This document shows, one piece after another, positions 28,917 through 39,310 of a stretch of 64,000 nucleotides of DNA. Positions within the stretch are counted from its first letter, which is position 1. Each line of letters begins with the position of its first letter. A program made the translations under genes and the position numbers. The notes under the pieces are model-generated. The model had not been told where the DNA came from, did no database searches, and saw nothing but the letters and a program-made list of their open reading frames with translations. Source of the stretch: an uncultured Gemmatimonadales bacterium (GTDB taxonomy: Bacteria; Gemmatimonadota; Gemmatimonadetes; Gemmatimonadales; GWC2-71-9); assembly GCA_963730185.1 (NCBI GenBank), contig CAVSQW010000006.1:288001-352000 (forward strand). Reading direction: 5' to 3'.

Positions 28917-29513
28917 GTGATGGAGACCCCGCCCCTCGACGGCATCCTCGCCTTCCTCCGCTCCGCCGAGCGCCTGAAGGTCACCCGCCGGAGCGCGTAC
29001 ACCACGACCGGTGAGGTCGAGAGCGTGGCGGAGCACACCTGGCGCCTCTGCCTGATGGCGCTGGTGCTGGGCCGGGCCCTTCCCGGCACGGATGTCGACA
29101 AGCTGATCCGGATCTGCCTGGTCCACGACCTCGGCGAAGCGATCTCGGGCGACGTGCCGGCGCCCGAGCAGGTCCGGCGCCTGGCCCGGGACCCGACCGA
29201 CGCCAAGGCGGCCGCCGAACGCCGCGACCTCCTCACCCTGCTCGAGCCGCTCCCGGAAGCGATCCGGGCCGAGCTCACGGCGCTCTGGGACGAGTACGAG
29301 GCGGCCAAGTCGCCCGAGGCCCGCCTGGCCAAGGCGCTCGACAAACTGGAGACCATCCTCCAGCACACCCAGGGCAAGAACCCGCCCGGGTTCGACTACC
29401 GCTTCAACCTGGGCTACGGCCGCGAGTACACGAGCGGGCCGCCGCTGGTCGCCGCCCTCCGCGACCGGCTCGACCGTGAAACCGAGCGACGCGCCACCGA
29501 GCCCGGGGGGTGA
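28917..29513 (+). CDS. HD domain hydrolase (HDDC2/YfbR-like)
   Basis: ESVAEHTWR, VHDLGEA, DKLETILQH. Confidence 0.85.
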   Translation: MMETPPLDGILAFLRSAERLKVTRRSAYTTTGEVESVAEHTWRLCLMALVLGRALPGTDVDKLIRICLVHDLGEAISGDVPAPEQVRRLARDPTDAKAAAERRDLLTLLEPLPEAIRAELTALWDEYEAAKSPEARLAKALDKLETILQHTQGKNPPGFDYRFNLGYGREYTSGPPLVAALRDRLDRETERRATEPGG

Positions 29514-29562
29514 TAAGTTTCCCGCCCCCGACCCCACTAGGACCCTCGACCCGGGACTCGAC

Positions 29563-30339
29563 ATGAGCCAGGACCCCATTCTGCTCGAGACGCGCGACGC
29601 CATCGCCCGGATCACCCTCAACCGCCCCGACGTCCTCAACAGCTTCGACGACTCGATGTTCGCTCGAACCCTCGAGGTGCTGGATACCGTGGCCCGAGAT
29701 CCCTCGATCCGCGCCGTCTATCTCACCGGCGCGGGCCGGGCGTTCTGCGCCGGCCAGGACATCAGCCGCGGGGTTCCCAAAGGGGCCTATGGCGACCACC
29801 TCCGTCGCCACTGGAACCCGATCGTGCTCGCGATGCGCGCCCTCGACCGGCCCATCGTCTGCGCCGTGAACGGGGTGGCGGCGGGCGCCGGCGCCAACCT
29901 CGCCCTCGCCGCCGATTTCGTCGTCGCGGCCGAGGAGGCCTCGTTCATCCAGGCGTTCATCAACATCGGCCTGGTGCCCGATACCGGCGGAACCTGGACC
30001 CTCCCGAAGCTGGTCGGCCCCGCGCGCGCCGCCCAGCTGCTGATGCTCGGCGAGAAGCTGCCGGCACGCCAGGCGGCCGAGTGGGGCCTGATCTACCAGG
30101 CCTGCCCCCTGGCCGACCTGGAAAAGGAGGCCTGGGCCCTGGCAACCCGGCTGGCCGCAATGCCGACCCTTGCCTTCGGCCTGCTCAAGCACTTGATCGA
30201 CGGATCCGGCCACCGGACCCTGGCCGCCCAGCTCGAGGCGGAAGCCGACGCCCAGACCATCGCCGGCCGAAGTGCGGATCATCAGGAGGGCGTCCAGGCG
30301 TTCGGCCAGAAGCGGAAGCCGGCGTTCGGAGGGAAGTAG
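29563..30339 (+). CDS. paaG: 2-(1,2-epoxy-1,2-dihydrophenyl)acetyl-CoA isomerase
   Basis: Crotonase AFCAGQD, AAGAGANLALA, IGLVPDTGG; heads the paaG-H-I run. Confidence 0.82.
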   Translation: MSQDPILLETRDAIARITLNRPDVLNSFDDSMFARTLEVLDTVARDPSIRAVYLTGAGRAFCAGQDISRGVPKGAYGDHLRRHWNPIVLAMRALDRPIVCAVNGVAAGAGANLALAADFVVAAEEASFIQAFINIGLVPDTGGTWTLPKLVGPARAAQLLMLGEKLPARQAAEWGLIYQACPLADLEKEAWALATRLAAMPTLAFGLLKHLIDGSGHRTLAAQLEAEADAQTIAGRSADHQEGVQAFGQKRKPAFGGK

Positions 30340-30387
30340 GCCGGTGGACGGACCGACGCCTGGACCGAACGCAACCGAAACGGGAGA

Positions 30388-31584
30388 GTGGATCGCGTGA
30401 CGACGCTGGATGGAAAGACGGTGGTCGGAGTGCTGGGAGCCGGGACGATGGGCGCCGGGATCGCGCAGGTAGCGGCGGTCGCCGGGCACCGGGTCGTCGT
30501 GGTCGACGCCCGCCCCGACGCCGTCGACACCGCCCGCGCCTCGGTCTCCAAAATCCTTGCCCGCCAGGTCGAGAAGGGGCGGATGACGGCCGAGCAGGTG
30601 GCCGACGTCGAGGGCCGGATGACCTTCACCCCCGCGACGGAGGCGCTGGCGGAGCTCGCCCCCGCCGGTCTCGTGATCGAGGCCATCGTCGAAGATCTCG
30701 CCGTCAAGCGCGACGTCTTCCGCCGCCTCGAGGCCGCGACCGGCGCCGACACCGTGCTCGGCACCAACACCTCGTCGCTCTCCGTCACCGCCATCGCGGC
30801 GGCCTGCGAGAGGCCCGAACGGGTGATCGGCATCCACTTCTTCAATCCGGCGCCGCTCCTGCCCCTGGTCGAAGTGGTCCCCGGGCTCGCGACCACCTCG
30901 GCGCTGGTCGATCGGGTCCGCGGGCTGATGACCGCCTGGGGCAAGTCGCCGGCGGTGGCGTCGGACACGCCCGGGTTCATCGTCAACCGGGTCGCCCGGC
31001 CCTTCTACAGCGAGGCACTCCGGATCGCCGAGGAAGGGCTGGCCTCGCCGGCGACGATCGACTGGGCGATGCGCGAGGGCGGCAAGTTCCGGATGGGACC
31101 GTTCGAGTTGATGGACCTGATCGGCCACGACGTGAACTACGCCGTGACCGAGTCGGTCTTCGCGGCGTTCGGCTACGATCCCCGGTACCGGCCGTCGGTG
31201 CTCCAGCGCCGCCTGGTCGACGCGGGCCGGCTGGGCCGCAAGTCGGGCCAGGGGTTCTTCGACTACCGGGGCGGCGCCGTGAACCCGGAGCCCGATCGAG
31301 ACCAGGCGAACATCACTCTGGTCTTCCCCCGGATCCTGGCCCTGCTGGTGAATCAGGCCGCCGATGCGCTCTTCTGGGGAGTGGCCAGCCGGGAGGACAT
31401 CGACACCGCCATGACCAAAGGCGTGAACTACCCCAAGGGTCTCCTGGCCTGGGGCGACGAGATCGGCCTCCCCGAGATCCTGGACCGGCTCGACCAGCTC
31501 CACACCGAATACGGCGAGGATCGCTACCGGGCCAGCCCCCTGCTCCGCCGCTTGGCGGGCGAGGGGACGACCTTCTTCGGATGA
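30388..31584 (+). CDS. paaH: 3-hydroxyadipyl-CoA dehydrogenase
   Basis: GAGTMGAGIA, TNTSSLS, HFFNPA, GFIVNRVARPFY; duplicated C-terminal domain (GVNYPKG). Confidence 0.85.
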   Translation: MDRVTTLDGKTVVGVLGAGTMGAGIAQVAAVAGHRVVVVDARPDAVDTARASVSKILARQVEKGRMTAEQVADVEGRMTFTPATEALAELAPAGLVIEAIVEDLAVKRDVFRRLEAATGADTVLGTNTSSLSVTAIAAACERPERVIGIHFFNPAPLLPLVEVVPGLATTSALVDRVRGLMTAWGKSPAVASDTPGFIVNRVARPFYSEALRIAEEGLASPATIDWAMREGGKFRMGPFELMDLIGHDVNYAVTESVFAAFGYDPRYRPSVLQRRLVDAGRLGRKSGQGFFDYRGGAVNPEPDRDQANITLVFPRILALLVNQAADALFWGVASREDIDTAMTKGVNYPKGLLAWGDEIGLPEILDRLDQLHTEYGEDRYRASPLLRRLAGEGTTFFG

Positions 31585-32024
31585 CCGACCCGGCCGGGCA
31601 GGCGCTCGCGGAACAGGTGGTCGCGGCCATGATGGCGAGCGACCAGTACAGCCGCTGGCTGGGCGTCGAGATTCTCGACGTGAAGCCGGCTCGGGTGTCG
31701 ATCCGGATGACCGTTCGGCGGGAGATGCTCAACGGGTTCGCCGTCTGCCACGGCGGGGTGACCTTCGCGTTCGCCGACTCGGCCTTCGCGTTCGCCTGCA
31801 ACACTCAGGGCAACGTGGCGGTGAGCATCCAGAACAGCATGACCTACCCGGCGGCGGTCCGCGAGGGCGACGTGCTCACCGCCGACGCCCGGGAAACCAG
31901 CCGCAGCAACCGGATCCTCTATTACGACGTGGCGGTGACCCGCGCCGACGGCACGACCGTTGGGCTCTTCCGGGGCACCGCCTACCGAACCGAGAAGCCC
32001 CATCCCGCACGAGGCCAAGCGTGA
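31581..32024 (+). CDS. paaI: Hydroxyphenylacetyl-CoA thioesterase (hotdog fold)
   Basis: ATGA overlap; MLNGFAVCHGGVTFAFADSAFAFACN. Confidence 0.88.
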   Translation: MTDPAGQALAEQVVAAMMASDQYSRWLGVEILDVKPARVSIRMTVRREMLNGFAVCHGGVTFAFADSAFAFACNTQGNVAVSIQNSMTYPAAVREGDVLTADARETSRSNRILYYDVAVTRADGTTVGLFRGTAYRTEKPHPARGQA

Positions 32025-34087
32025 GTCACGAGATCGACTGGAAGCGAGTTTACACCCTGACCCTGGTGTCCCGGGCCCTCGACGACATCGAAGAGCACCG
32101 TCTGGTCCCCGAGAAGAAGGTGGCCTACCAGTTCTCGGCCCGAGGTCATGACGTGGCCCAGATCATCCTGGGGTCGCTGCTTACCCACCAGCACGACGGG
32201 GCCAGCGCCTACTACCGGTCCAGGCCACTCCTGCTCACGCTGGGGCTCGGGATCGGGGATGCGTTCGCCGGCCCGATGGGCAAGTCCGGCGGCTTCAGCG
32301 ACGGGCGGGACATCGGCGTGGTCTGCAACCTCCCCAACGTGCCCGGCCCGGTAGTGCTGCCGATGGCCGGCGACGTGGGCTCCCAATACACCCCCTGCGC
32401 CGGCTGGGCCCAGGCCATCACCTACCATCGCGACGTGCTCCAGGACGCCGCCTATCAGGGCGCCATCGGCTGCGTGCTCGGGGGCGAGGCGTCGGCTGCC
32501 ACCAACGGCTTCTGGTCGTCGCTCACCATCGCGACCACGCTCGAGCTCCCGATGGTCTTCTACATCGAGGACAACGGCTACGGGATCTCGGTCCCGTCGC
32601 TGCTCCAGACGCCGGGCGCCAACATCGCCGACAACCTGGCCTCCTTCAAGAACCTCCGGATCACGCAGGGCGACGGCACCGACCCTGCCCAGTCGGCCCA
32701 GCTGCTCGGCGATGCGATCGCCCACGCCCGGGCCGGCAACGGTCCCGCGCTGGTCCGGCTCACCGTGCCCCGGCTGTCGGGGCACTCGGGACAGGACACC
32801 CAGGCCTACAAGCCGCCCGAGCTGCTGAAGCGGGAGCAGGCCCAAGACCCCCTGCCCAAGCTTCGGGCCTTCCTGCTCGGCCAGGGACTGACCGACGCCG
32901 ACCTGAACGCGATCGCCGACCAGGTCAATCGCGACATCGAGGCCGGACTGGCCGAGGCCCTCGGCCGTCCCGATCCCGACCCGAGCACGATCACCCGCTA
33001 TTGCTTCGCCGAGACCGCCGACGACGGAACACCCGACCTTCAGATCCGGGGTGGACTGGCGCCCGCCGGGCATCGGTTTCCGGCCTCCACCGAGACGCCG
33101 CATCCTGATGGGCCCCGCATCAACCTCCTCACCGCCGTTCGCAAGACCCTCGAGCACGAGCTGGCCACCAACCCCAAGCTCCTGGTGTTCGGCGAGGACG
33201 TGGGCCCCAAAGGCGGCGTCCACGCGGCGACGCTCGGCCTCCAGGAGGCCTTCGGCGACCGGCGAGTGTTCGATACCAGCCTGTCCGAGGAGGGTATCAT
33301 CGGCCGCTCGGTCGGCATGGCGCTCGCGGGTCTGATGCCGGTCCCCGAGATCCAGTTCCGGAAGTACGCCGACCCCGCCACCGAGCAGCTCAACAACTGC
33401 GGCACCATCCGCTGGCGGACTCACAACCGCTGGGCGGCCCCGATCGTGGTCCGGCTCCCGGGTGGGTACGCACCTAAGTGCGGCGACCCGTGGCACAGCG
33501 TCTCGGGCGAGGTGACGTGGGCCCACGCGACCGGCTGGCAGGTGGCCTACCCGTCGAACGCCGAAGACGCCGTGGGTCTTCTCCGCGCCGCGCTCCGCGA
33601 CAACAACCCGACCATCTTCTTCGAGCACCGCGCCCTGCTGGACGGCGCCTGGGCCCGCCGGCCGTATCCCGGTGACGACTACGTCGTTCCGTTCGGGCGG
33701 GCGCGGACCATCGTCGAGGGTGACCGGCTGACCTGCGTCACCTGGGGGGCCATGACCGAACGGTGCGAGGCCGCGGCCAAGCAGAGCGGCTACCCGGTTC
33801 ACCTGCTCGATCTCCGGACCATCGCCCCCTGGGACCGCGAGGCGGTGCTCGGCTCGGTCAAGGCGACCCGCCGGTGCCTGGTCGTCCACGAGGACACCAT
33901 CACCGCCGGCTTCGGCGCCGAGATCGCGGCGACCATCGCCCAGGAAGCGTTTCTGTCGCTGGACGCGCCGGTCAGCCGGATGGCGATCCCGGACGTGCCC
34001 ACCCCCTACAACGTGGGCCTGATGAACGCCGTCCTACCTCAGGTCGACGACATCACCGCCCGGATGGTGGATCTCATCGAGTTCTAA
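32021..34087 (+). CDS. Fused alpha/beta E1 of a 2-oxoacid dehydrogenase
   Basis: YQFSARGH, TPP motif GEA...EDNGYGIS, beta part GEDVGPKGGVH, EIQFRKY; GTGA overlap with paaI. Confidence 0.87.
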   Translation: MSHEIDWKRVYTLTLVSRALDDIEEHRLVPEKKVAYQFSARGHDVAQIILGSLLTHQHDGASAYYRSRPLLLTLGLGIGDAFAGPMGKSGGFSDGRDIGVVCNLPNVPGPVVLPMAGDVGSQYTPCAGWAQAITYHRDVLQDAAYQGAIGCVLGGEASAATNGFWSSLTIATTLELPMVFYIEDNGYGISVPSLLQTPGANIADNLASFKNLRITQGDGTDPAQSAQLLGDAIAHARAGNGPALVRLTVPRLSGHSGQDTQAYKPPELLKREQAQDPLPKLRAFLLGQGLTDADLNAIADQVNRDIEAGLAEALGRPDPDPSTITRYCFAETADDGTPDLQIRGGLAPAGHRFPASTETPHPDGPRINLLTAVRKTLEHELATNPKLLVFGEDVGPKGGVHAATLGLQEAFGDRRVFDTSLSEEGIIGRSVGMALAGLMPVPEIQFRKYADPATEQLNNCGTIRWRTHNRWAAPIVVRLPGGYAPKCGDPWHSVSGEVTWAHATGWQVAYPSNAEDAVGLLRAALRDNNPTIFFEHRALLDGAWARRPYPGDDYVVPFGRARTIVEGDRLTCVTWGAMTERCEAAAKQSGYPVHLLDLRTIAPWDREAVLGSVKATRRCLVVHEDTITAGFGAEIAATIAQEAFLSLDAPVSRMAIPDVPTPYNVGLMNAVLPQVDDITARMVDLIEF

Positions 34088-34133
34088 CCGGCGGGGGGCT
34101 TGCTGGCGGGGGCCGGGCCCCCGACCTTCGGAT

Positions 34134-35240
34134 ATGTCTCCGACCCGGGGCCGGGCCCGAACCCGGTGGTGGTCCGGCGCCGCGACGACCCTCCTCCTCG
34201 CCGCGTGTCTCGACGGGCCGACCGCTCCGTCGGCGCCGGAGGACCTGTCGGGGCCCTGGCCGACCGCGTCGCCGGCCTCGCAGTCGATCGACCCGGACCT
34301 CCTCAATCGGGCGGTGGACCACGCCGCGACCCTTTCCCGGCTCCGGAGCCTCGTGGTGATTCGCCACGGGTTCCTGGTGTTGGACCGGTACTTCAACGGC
34401 AGCCGGGCCGACCAGCTCGACGACGTCCGATCGGTCACCAAGACCGTCGTGTCGACGCTGGTCGGCATCGCGATCGGGCGGGGCGAGCTGCCAGGTGTCG
34501 ACGCGCCCATCAGCGACTATCTCGACCCCGGACATCTCGCCGGCCTGGACCCGACCAAGCAAGCCATCACCGTCGGCCAGCTCCTCAGGATGTCGTCGGG
34601 GTTCCAATGGGACGAGTCCACCACCGCCGGCTACAACGCGTGGGTCGCGGCGCCGGATCCGATCCAGTATCTCCTGGACCAGCCCCTGATCGCGACGCCG
34701 GGCACCACCTTCCGCTACAACACCGCCGGCATCGACCTCGTGAGCTACCTCCTGACCCGGGTCACCGGCGTCCCGCTACCGCAATACGCCGCCGACCACC
34801 TCTTCGGGCCCCTGGGCATCACGGACGTCGCCTGGGAGCTCTTCGCGGACGGACGCGCCAACGGCGGGTCGGGCATCGACCTTCGGCCCCTCGACCTCGC
34901 CAAGCTGGGTGAGCTCTTTCTTCGCCAGGGGGCGACCAGCGCCGGACCCGTCGTGCCCCCGGACTGGGTGGCGACCGCCACCGCCCCCCACTACCCCTTC
35001 TGGTCCTCCTCGCCCCCGCTGGGCCGCCAGAGCTACGGCTTCGGCTGGTGGGTCAATCAGAGCGGCGGCCGCACCGACTACTTCGCCTGGGGCTACGGTG
35101 GCCAGTTCGTCTGGGTCTCGCCCGACCTCGATCTGGTCGTCGTCGTGACCGACAGCTGGCAGGGCGACCCCGATCCCGGCCTCCGCGAGGTCAATGGGCT
35201 CGGCCTGATCCTCGATTGGGTCGTCCCGGCGGTTCATTAG
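34134..35240 (+). CDS. Lipoprotein serine hydrolase (class C beta-lactamase/NylB-like)
   Basis: Lipobox LLLAAC, SVTK, FRYN, AWGYGGQ. Confidence 0.82.
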   Translation: MSPTRGRARTRWWSGAATTLLLAACLDGPTAPSAPEDLSGPWPTASPASQSIDPDLLNRAVDHAATLSRLRSLVVIRHGFLVLDRYFNGSRADQLDDVRSVTKTVVSTLVGIAIGRGELPGVDAPISDYLDPGHLAGLDPTKQAITVGQLLRMSSGFQWDESTTAGYNAWVAAPDPIQYLLDQPLIATPGTTFRYNTAGIDLVSYLLTRVTGVPLPQYAADHLFGPLGITDVAWELFADGRANGGSGIDLRPLDLAKLGELFLRQGATSAGPVVPPDWVATATAPHYPFWSSSPPLGRQSYGFGWWVNQSGGRTDYFAWGYGGQFVWVSPDLDLVVVVTDSWQGDPDPGLREVNGLGLILDWVVPAVH

Positions 35241-35760
35241 CCCTCACGGCCGGGTCTCGGGCCCCGCCGTCCCGCCAGCGCCCCATCAGCCCCCACCCAC
35301 CGAAGACATCAGCCACCGCCACGATCAGCTCGTTCTCGCCGGCTCGAAGGGGGAGATACACCGTGGCCTGGTCGAGCCCGATCAGGCCGTCCCGCCGCGG
35401 CTGGTCGAAGCTGTATCCGGCCCGGGCCGAGAGGATCGGGCGGCCGTTCAGAAGCACCGTGGCGTCGTCACTGAGGCCGAGATCGAGAGCCCGGACCTGG
35501 TCGCCCGGTACGTGCAGCCGGAGCCGGGCCAGCACCGCGGACCGCCGCGCCCCGTCGGGGGGGGCCAGATATCGGTCCAGCACCACCAGCGACGACGGCT
35601 CGGCGGCCACGGTCTGCCAAGGGCCGGTCAGGATCGACGCGGGTAGCCGATCGACCACGCCGGTATCGAGCGGAAACGGCCGGAAGAGCTCCCAGCGGGT
35701 GACCGCACCCGGCGGGGCGGGCTCCTTCACCGGGTAACCCGCAAGTTCTAATGGTACTTT
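35191..35760 (-). pseudogene. C-terminal fragment of a beta-rich hypothetical protein
   Basis: LGLSDDATVLLNG...LRAGENELIVAVADVFGGWG reads as coding, but there is no convincing start. Confidence 0.5.
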
Positions 35761-35763
35761 TCG

Positions 35764-35966
35764 ATGATGCCACGGCACCCCGAGACGACCGGCCGGCCAC
35801 CGATCCGGCGGATCGAGTTCGCCCGCCGCAGTACGGTCCCGAGCTGCTGGTCACCGCCGGCGAGGGTGAGCTCTGGCTCGACGACGGCCGGATCACGGTC
35901 GAGCCGGGAAGGGCGCCCAACCGGCACCGGCGCTCCGGATCGACCCCGACGAGGTCCGCCGCTTGA
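35764..35966 (+). pseudogene. Internally deleted AraC-family regulator remnant
   Basis: Pieces IRRIEFARR-YGPELLV, cupin-like VTAGEGELWLDDGRITVEPG and an HTH-end-like RRSGSTPT within 200 bp, with a frame switch. Confidence 0.45.
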
Positions 35967-36103
35967 TTCGTCGGGAGGTGGGGGAGACGCCCGACCGCTT
36001 CCGTCGCACCCTGTGACTCCGCTGGCGGACCGGCCCAGGACGTTCTACCATGGAAGGAGACACCGTCGCCGGTCCAACCCGTCAACGAAACCCGGAGGAG
36101 CCC

Positions 36104-37066
36104 ATGCAGACCCGCCGCATGCTCGCTTGGTCGTCCGTTCTCGCCGCCGGCATCGCCCTCTCCGCCTGCTCCGACGCGCTCGAGCCGCCTCGGACCCAGG
36201 ACCCGTCGGCCCCGGTGCTCTCCGTCGGGGGAACGGGATCGGCGGCCGCCTCGATCCTCGACCTGATGGACCATATCAACACGGGACTCGAGCTCCAGGG
36301 TGCCGACTACCGGGTCGAGATGGCCGAGTACCTGACCTCGCCGGCGGGTGGCGACGAGGCCGGCGCCACCCTGCTGGCTCGCGATCTGGGCAACAAGCGC
36401 CTCTCGGCCGACTTCGTGCCCTTCGATCCGCGCCGGACCTGGAGCGGCTCGGCCACGGGCTCCGACGACATCACCTACGCGATCGACCAGACCGGTGACG
36501 CCGTGCCGCCCTTCGGCGGCGCGACGGCCGCCGCCACGACCGCCGCGATCCAAGCCGCGATGGGCACCTGGAGCGGCGTCCCCTGCTCCAATCTGGCAAT
36601 CGACCAGGTCGCCGACTTCGGCCTCGATCTCGGCGTGGTGGCGTATCTCAACGGCCTGGGCGGGAGCCCCTTCGTGGTCGCCGACGTGATGCACGCCGGA
36701 TGGCGTGACATCGATTTCGCCGGCGGGGTCCTGGGCGTGACCTTCACCTTCGTCTTCACCTCGGGCAGCGTGCCGACCGACATCGACGCCAACGGCCGGG
36801 ACGACGTCGCCTTCCGCGAGATCTATTACGACCCCAGCTGGCTCTGGCAGGTCGGGAGCGACATCGACGTCGAGACGGTCGCCCTCCACGAATCCGGCCA
36901 CGGCCTGAGCCAGGCGCACTTCGGCAACATCTTCGCCAAGAAGGGCGTGCTCACCGCCTCGCCGCGCGCGGTGATGAACGCCATCTACGGCGGCGTTCTC
37001 CACGACCTCACCGGGACCGATCGCGGAGGTCACTGCGGCAACTGGGCCAACTGGCCGGGCCGCTGA
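36104..37066 (+). CDS. Lipoprotein, metzincin (matrixin-like) zinc metallopeptidase
   Basis: RBS GGAGG, lipobox IALSAC, VALHESGHGLSQAH, Met-turn AVMN. Confidence 0.75.
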   Translation: MQTRRMLAWSSVLAAGIALSACSDALEPPRTQDPSAPVLSVGGTGSAAASILDLMDHINTGLELQGADYRVEMAEYLTSPAGGDEAGATLLARDLGNKRLSADFVPFDPRRTWSGSATGSDDITYAIDQTGDAVPPFGGATAAATTAAIQAAMGTWSGVPCSNLAIDQVADFGLDLGVVAYLNGLGGSPFVVADVMHAGWRDIDFAGGVLGVTFTFVFTSGSVPTDIDANGRDDVAFREIYYDPSWLWQVGSDIDVETVALHESGHGLSQAHFGNIFAKKGVLTASPRAVMNAIYGGVLHDLTGTDRGGHCGNWANWPGR

Positions 37067-37109
37067 ACCAGCGTGGCGGAGGGCGGGTCGGCCCCGCTAC
37101 ACTCCGTCC

Positions 37110-38300
37110 ATGCGATACTCGTCTCTCACCTCCCGCATCGCGGGAGAAGGCTCCGATGCGTGGGAAGTCCATGACCTCGCCGTGGCCCGACAGGGCCGCG
37201 GCGAGGACATCTTCCTGCTCTCCATCGGCGATCCCGATTTCGACACCCCCGCCTCGATCCGCCAGGCGGCGGTCGACGCTCTGAATCGCGGCCGGACTCA
37301 CTACGCCCCGATCGGGGGTGAGCCGGCCCTGCTCCAGGCGATCGCCGGCGAAGCGGCCACGCAGCTGGGGCGGCCGGTCGAGCCCGCCCAGGTGACCGTC
37401 TACCCCGGGGCCCAGGCCGCGCTGTTCGCGGTGGCGCAGTGCCTGTTCGACGTGGGTGACGAGGTGATCGTGGTCGAGCCCACCTACGTCACCTACGAAG
37501 CCGTTCTCGGGGCGCCTGGTGCCCGGATGGTGCAGCTGTCGCTCCGGCCCGAGCAGGGATTCCATCTCGATCTCGACCAGTTGGCGAGCGCCATCACCCC
37601 GAAGACCAGGGGCCTGCTCCTCAACTTCCCGCACAATCCCACCGGCGCCTGCCTGTCGCCGGAGGCGGCGAGCACGGTCGCGGCGCTCTGCCGGAAGCAC
37701 GATCTCTGGTTGGTGTCCGACGAAGTCTACGGCAAGCTCACTTTCGCCCGACCTCACGTGAGCCCGGCCGCCGAGCCGGGCATGGCCGAGCGGTCGGTGG
37801 TGATCTCGAGCCTGTCGAAGTCGCACGCGATGACGGGCTGGCGCTGCGGCTGGTCGGTCACCCCGCTGCCGCTCGCCCGGCATCTCGCCAATCTGGCGCG
37901 GGCCATGTATTTCGGCGTGGCCCAGTTCGTTCAGGACGCCGCCGCGACCGCGGTGACCTCGTCGGGCGAGGACCTTCGGGCCATCCGGGCGTCCTACCGG
38001 CGGCGAGCCAAGGTGGTGGTCGAAGCTCTGGCTGGGGCGCCGGGCATCGTGGCCCGGATGCCGGAAGGCGGGATGTACGTGTTCGTGGACGTCCGGGGCA
38101 CCGGGATGGACGGCAAGCAATTCGCCCGGGCGTTGCTCGACGCCGAGGCCGTGGCGGTCACCCCGGGCGAGGGGTTCGGGCCGAGCGGGGCCGGGCACGT
38201 CCGACTGACGCTCGGCACCGACGAGACCCGGCTGGCCGAGGCCTGCGCCCGCATCGCGCGGTTCGCGGGCGAGCGCAGTCCTGCGGCCGAGGTTAGCTAG
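37110..38300 (+). CDS. Class I/II PLP aminotransferase (AruH/aspartate aminotransferase-like)
   Basis: LSIGDPDF, NFPHNPTG, SDEVY, SLSKSHAMTGWRCG. Confidence 0.88.
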   Translation: MRYSSLTSRIAGEGSDAWEVHDLAVARQGRGEDIFLLSIGDPDFDTPASIRQAAVDALNRGRTHYAPIGGEPALLQAIAGEAATQLGRPVEPAQVTVYPGAQAALFAVAQCLFDVGDEVIVVEPTYVTYEAVLGAPGARMVQLSLRPEQGFHLDLDQLASAITPKTRGLLLNFPHNPTGACLSPEAASTVAALCRKHDLWLVSDEVYGKLTFARPHVSPAAEPGMAERSVVISSLSKSHAMTGWRCGWSVTPLPLARHLANLARAMYFGVAQFVQDAAATAVTSSGEDLRAIRASYRRRAKVVVEALAGAPGIVARMPEGGMYVFVDVRGTGMDGKQFARALLDAEAVAVTPGEGFGPSGAGHVRLTLGTDETRLAEACARIARFAGERSPAAEVS

Positions 38301-38307
38301 GCGGGCC

Positions 38308-39084
38308 TCAGGCCGGCTTCGCTGAGTGGACCGCGAAGACGGCCCCCTGCGGGTCCGTCCCGATCGCGATCCGGTCGCCGCCCGGCACCTCCATCGGCTC
38401 GATCATCAGCGTGCCCCCGTTGGCCTTGGCGCGGGCCGCCGACTCGTCGGCGCTCGCCACCTTGGCGTAGGGCTGCCAGTTGGGCCTCGGGGCCTGATCG
38501 GGCTTCCGCATGATCCCGCCCATCTGAACGCCCTTGAGGCCGAACAGGGTGTACATCCCCATCGCCCCCATGTCGAACTCCCCCATCTTCTCCCAACCGA
38601 AGAGGTCGGCGTAGAACTCGAACGCCTGCACCGGATCGGGGGCCGTCAGCTCGTGCCAGGAGAACTCCCCGACCGCCGGCACCCCGTCGGGGCCCGGTGG
38701 ATCGCCCTCCGCCGTGAAGGCACAGAACGTCGCCCCACCGGGATCGGCCACGACGGCAAACCGCCCGACCGTGGGGATCTGTTCCGGTCCCTTGAGTACC
38801 TTGCCGCCCCGGGCCTTCGCATCCTTGCAGGTGGCGTCGAGGTCCGGCGTGCCGATGTAGCTGAGCCAGTGCGGAGGCATCCCGGCCGCCTTGACCTCGG
38901 CGGGCAGCGCCAGGCAGCCGCCGACCGGGACCTCGCCGTTCATCCAGATGGTGTACGACCCGTCCGGCCCCCAGGGCTGGGTGCCCCAACCGACCACCTT
39001 GGTGTAGAACTGCTGGGCTCCGGCGGGATCGGAGGTCATGCACTCGTGCCAGACGAACTGGCCCCGCGGCGTGGGCTTCGCCAT
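38308..39084 (-). CDS. Two-domain VOC/glyoxalase family protein
   Basis: Two repeats of FxWHE..xD...FY..xGW...DPxGAxF; start MAKPTP after RBS AGGAG. Confidence 0.87.
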   Translation of the reverse strand: MAKPTPRGQFVWHECMTSDPAGAQQFYTKVVGWGTQPWGPDGSYTIWMNGEVPVGGCLALPAEVKAAGMPPHWLSYIGTPDLDATCKDAKARGGKVLKGPEQIPTVGRFAVVADPGGATFCAFTAEGDPPGPDGVPAVGEFSWHELTAPDPVQAFEFYADLFGWEKMGEFDMGAMGMYTLFGLKGVQMGGIMRKPDQAPRPNWQPYAKVASADESAARAKANGGTLMIEPMEVPGGDRIAIGTDPQGAVFAVHSAKPA

Positions 39085-39310
39085 CTCGACTTCTCCTGAC
39101 CAGTGAGGTTCCCCCGATGGGACCGGAACGGGGTCCGGCCCCGAGAATCGACCGCAAGCGTCTCTCCCTACGACCCACCTTTCGGTGGTGTTTCGGGGTA
39201 CCGAACCCATACAATCTCGCCCGGTCGATCCTTTAGCCACCCCCGCGCGGGTGTTAGAATGCGGTCACGATTTCACTTCGAACCGACCGACCCCGCGCAC
39301 CGGAACCCCG

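Noticed and set aside
39140..39200. GAAA-tetraloop hairpin (CCACC-GAAA-GGTGG on the minus strand) upstream of the VOC gene, vaguely like a c-di-GMP-I riboswitch
   Set aside because: The flanking conserved nucleotides and second stem are not recognisable; an Rfam cmsearch would be needed
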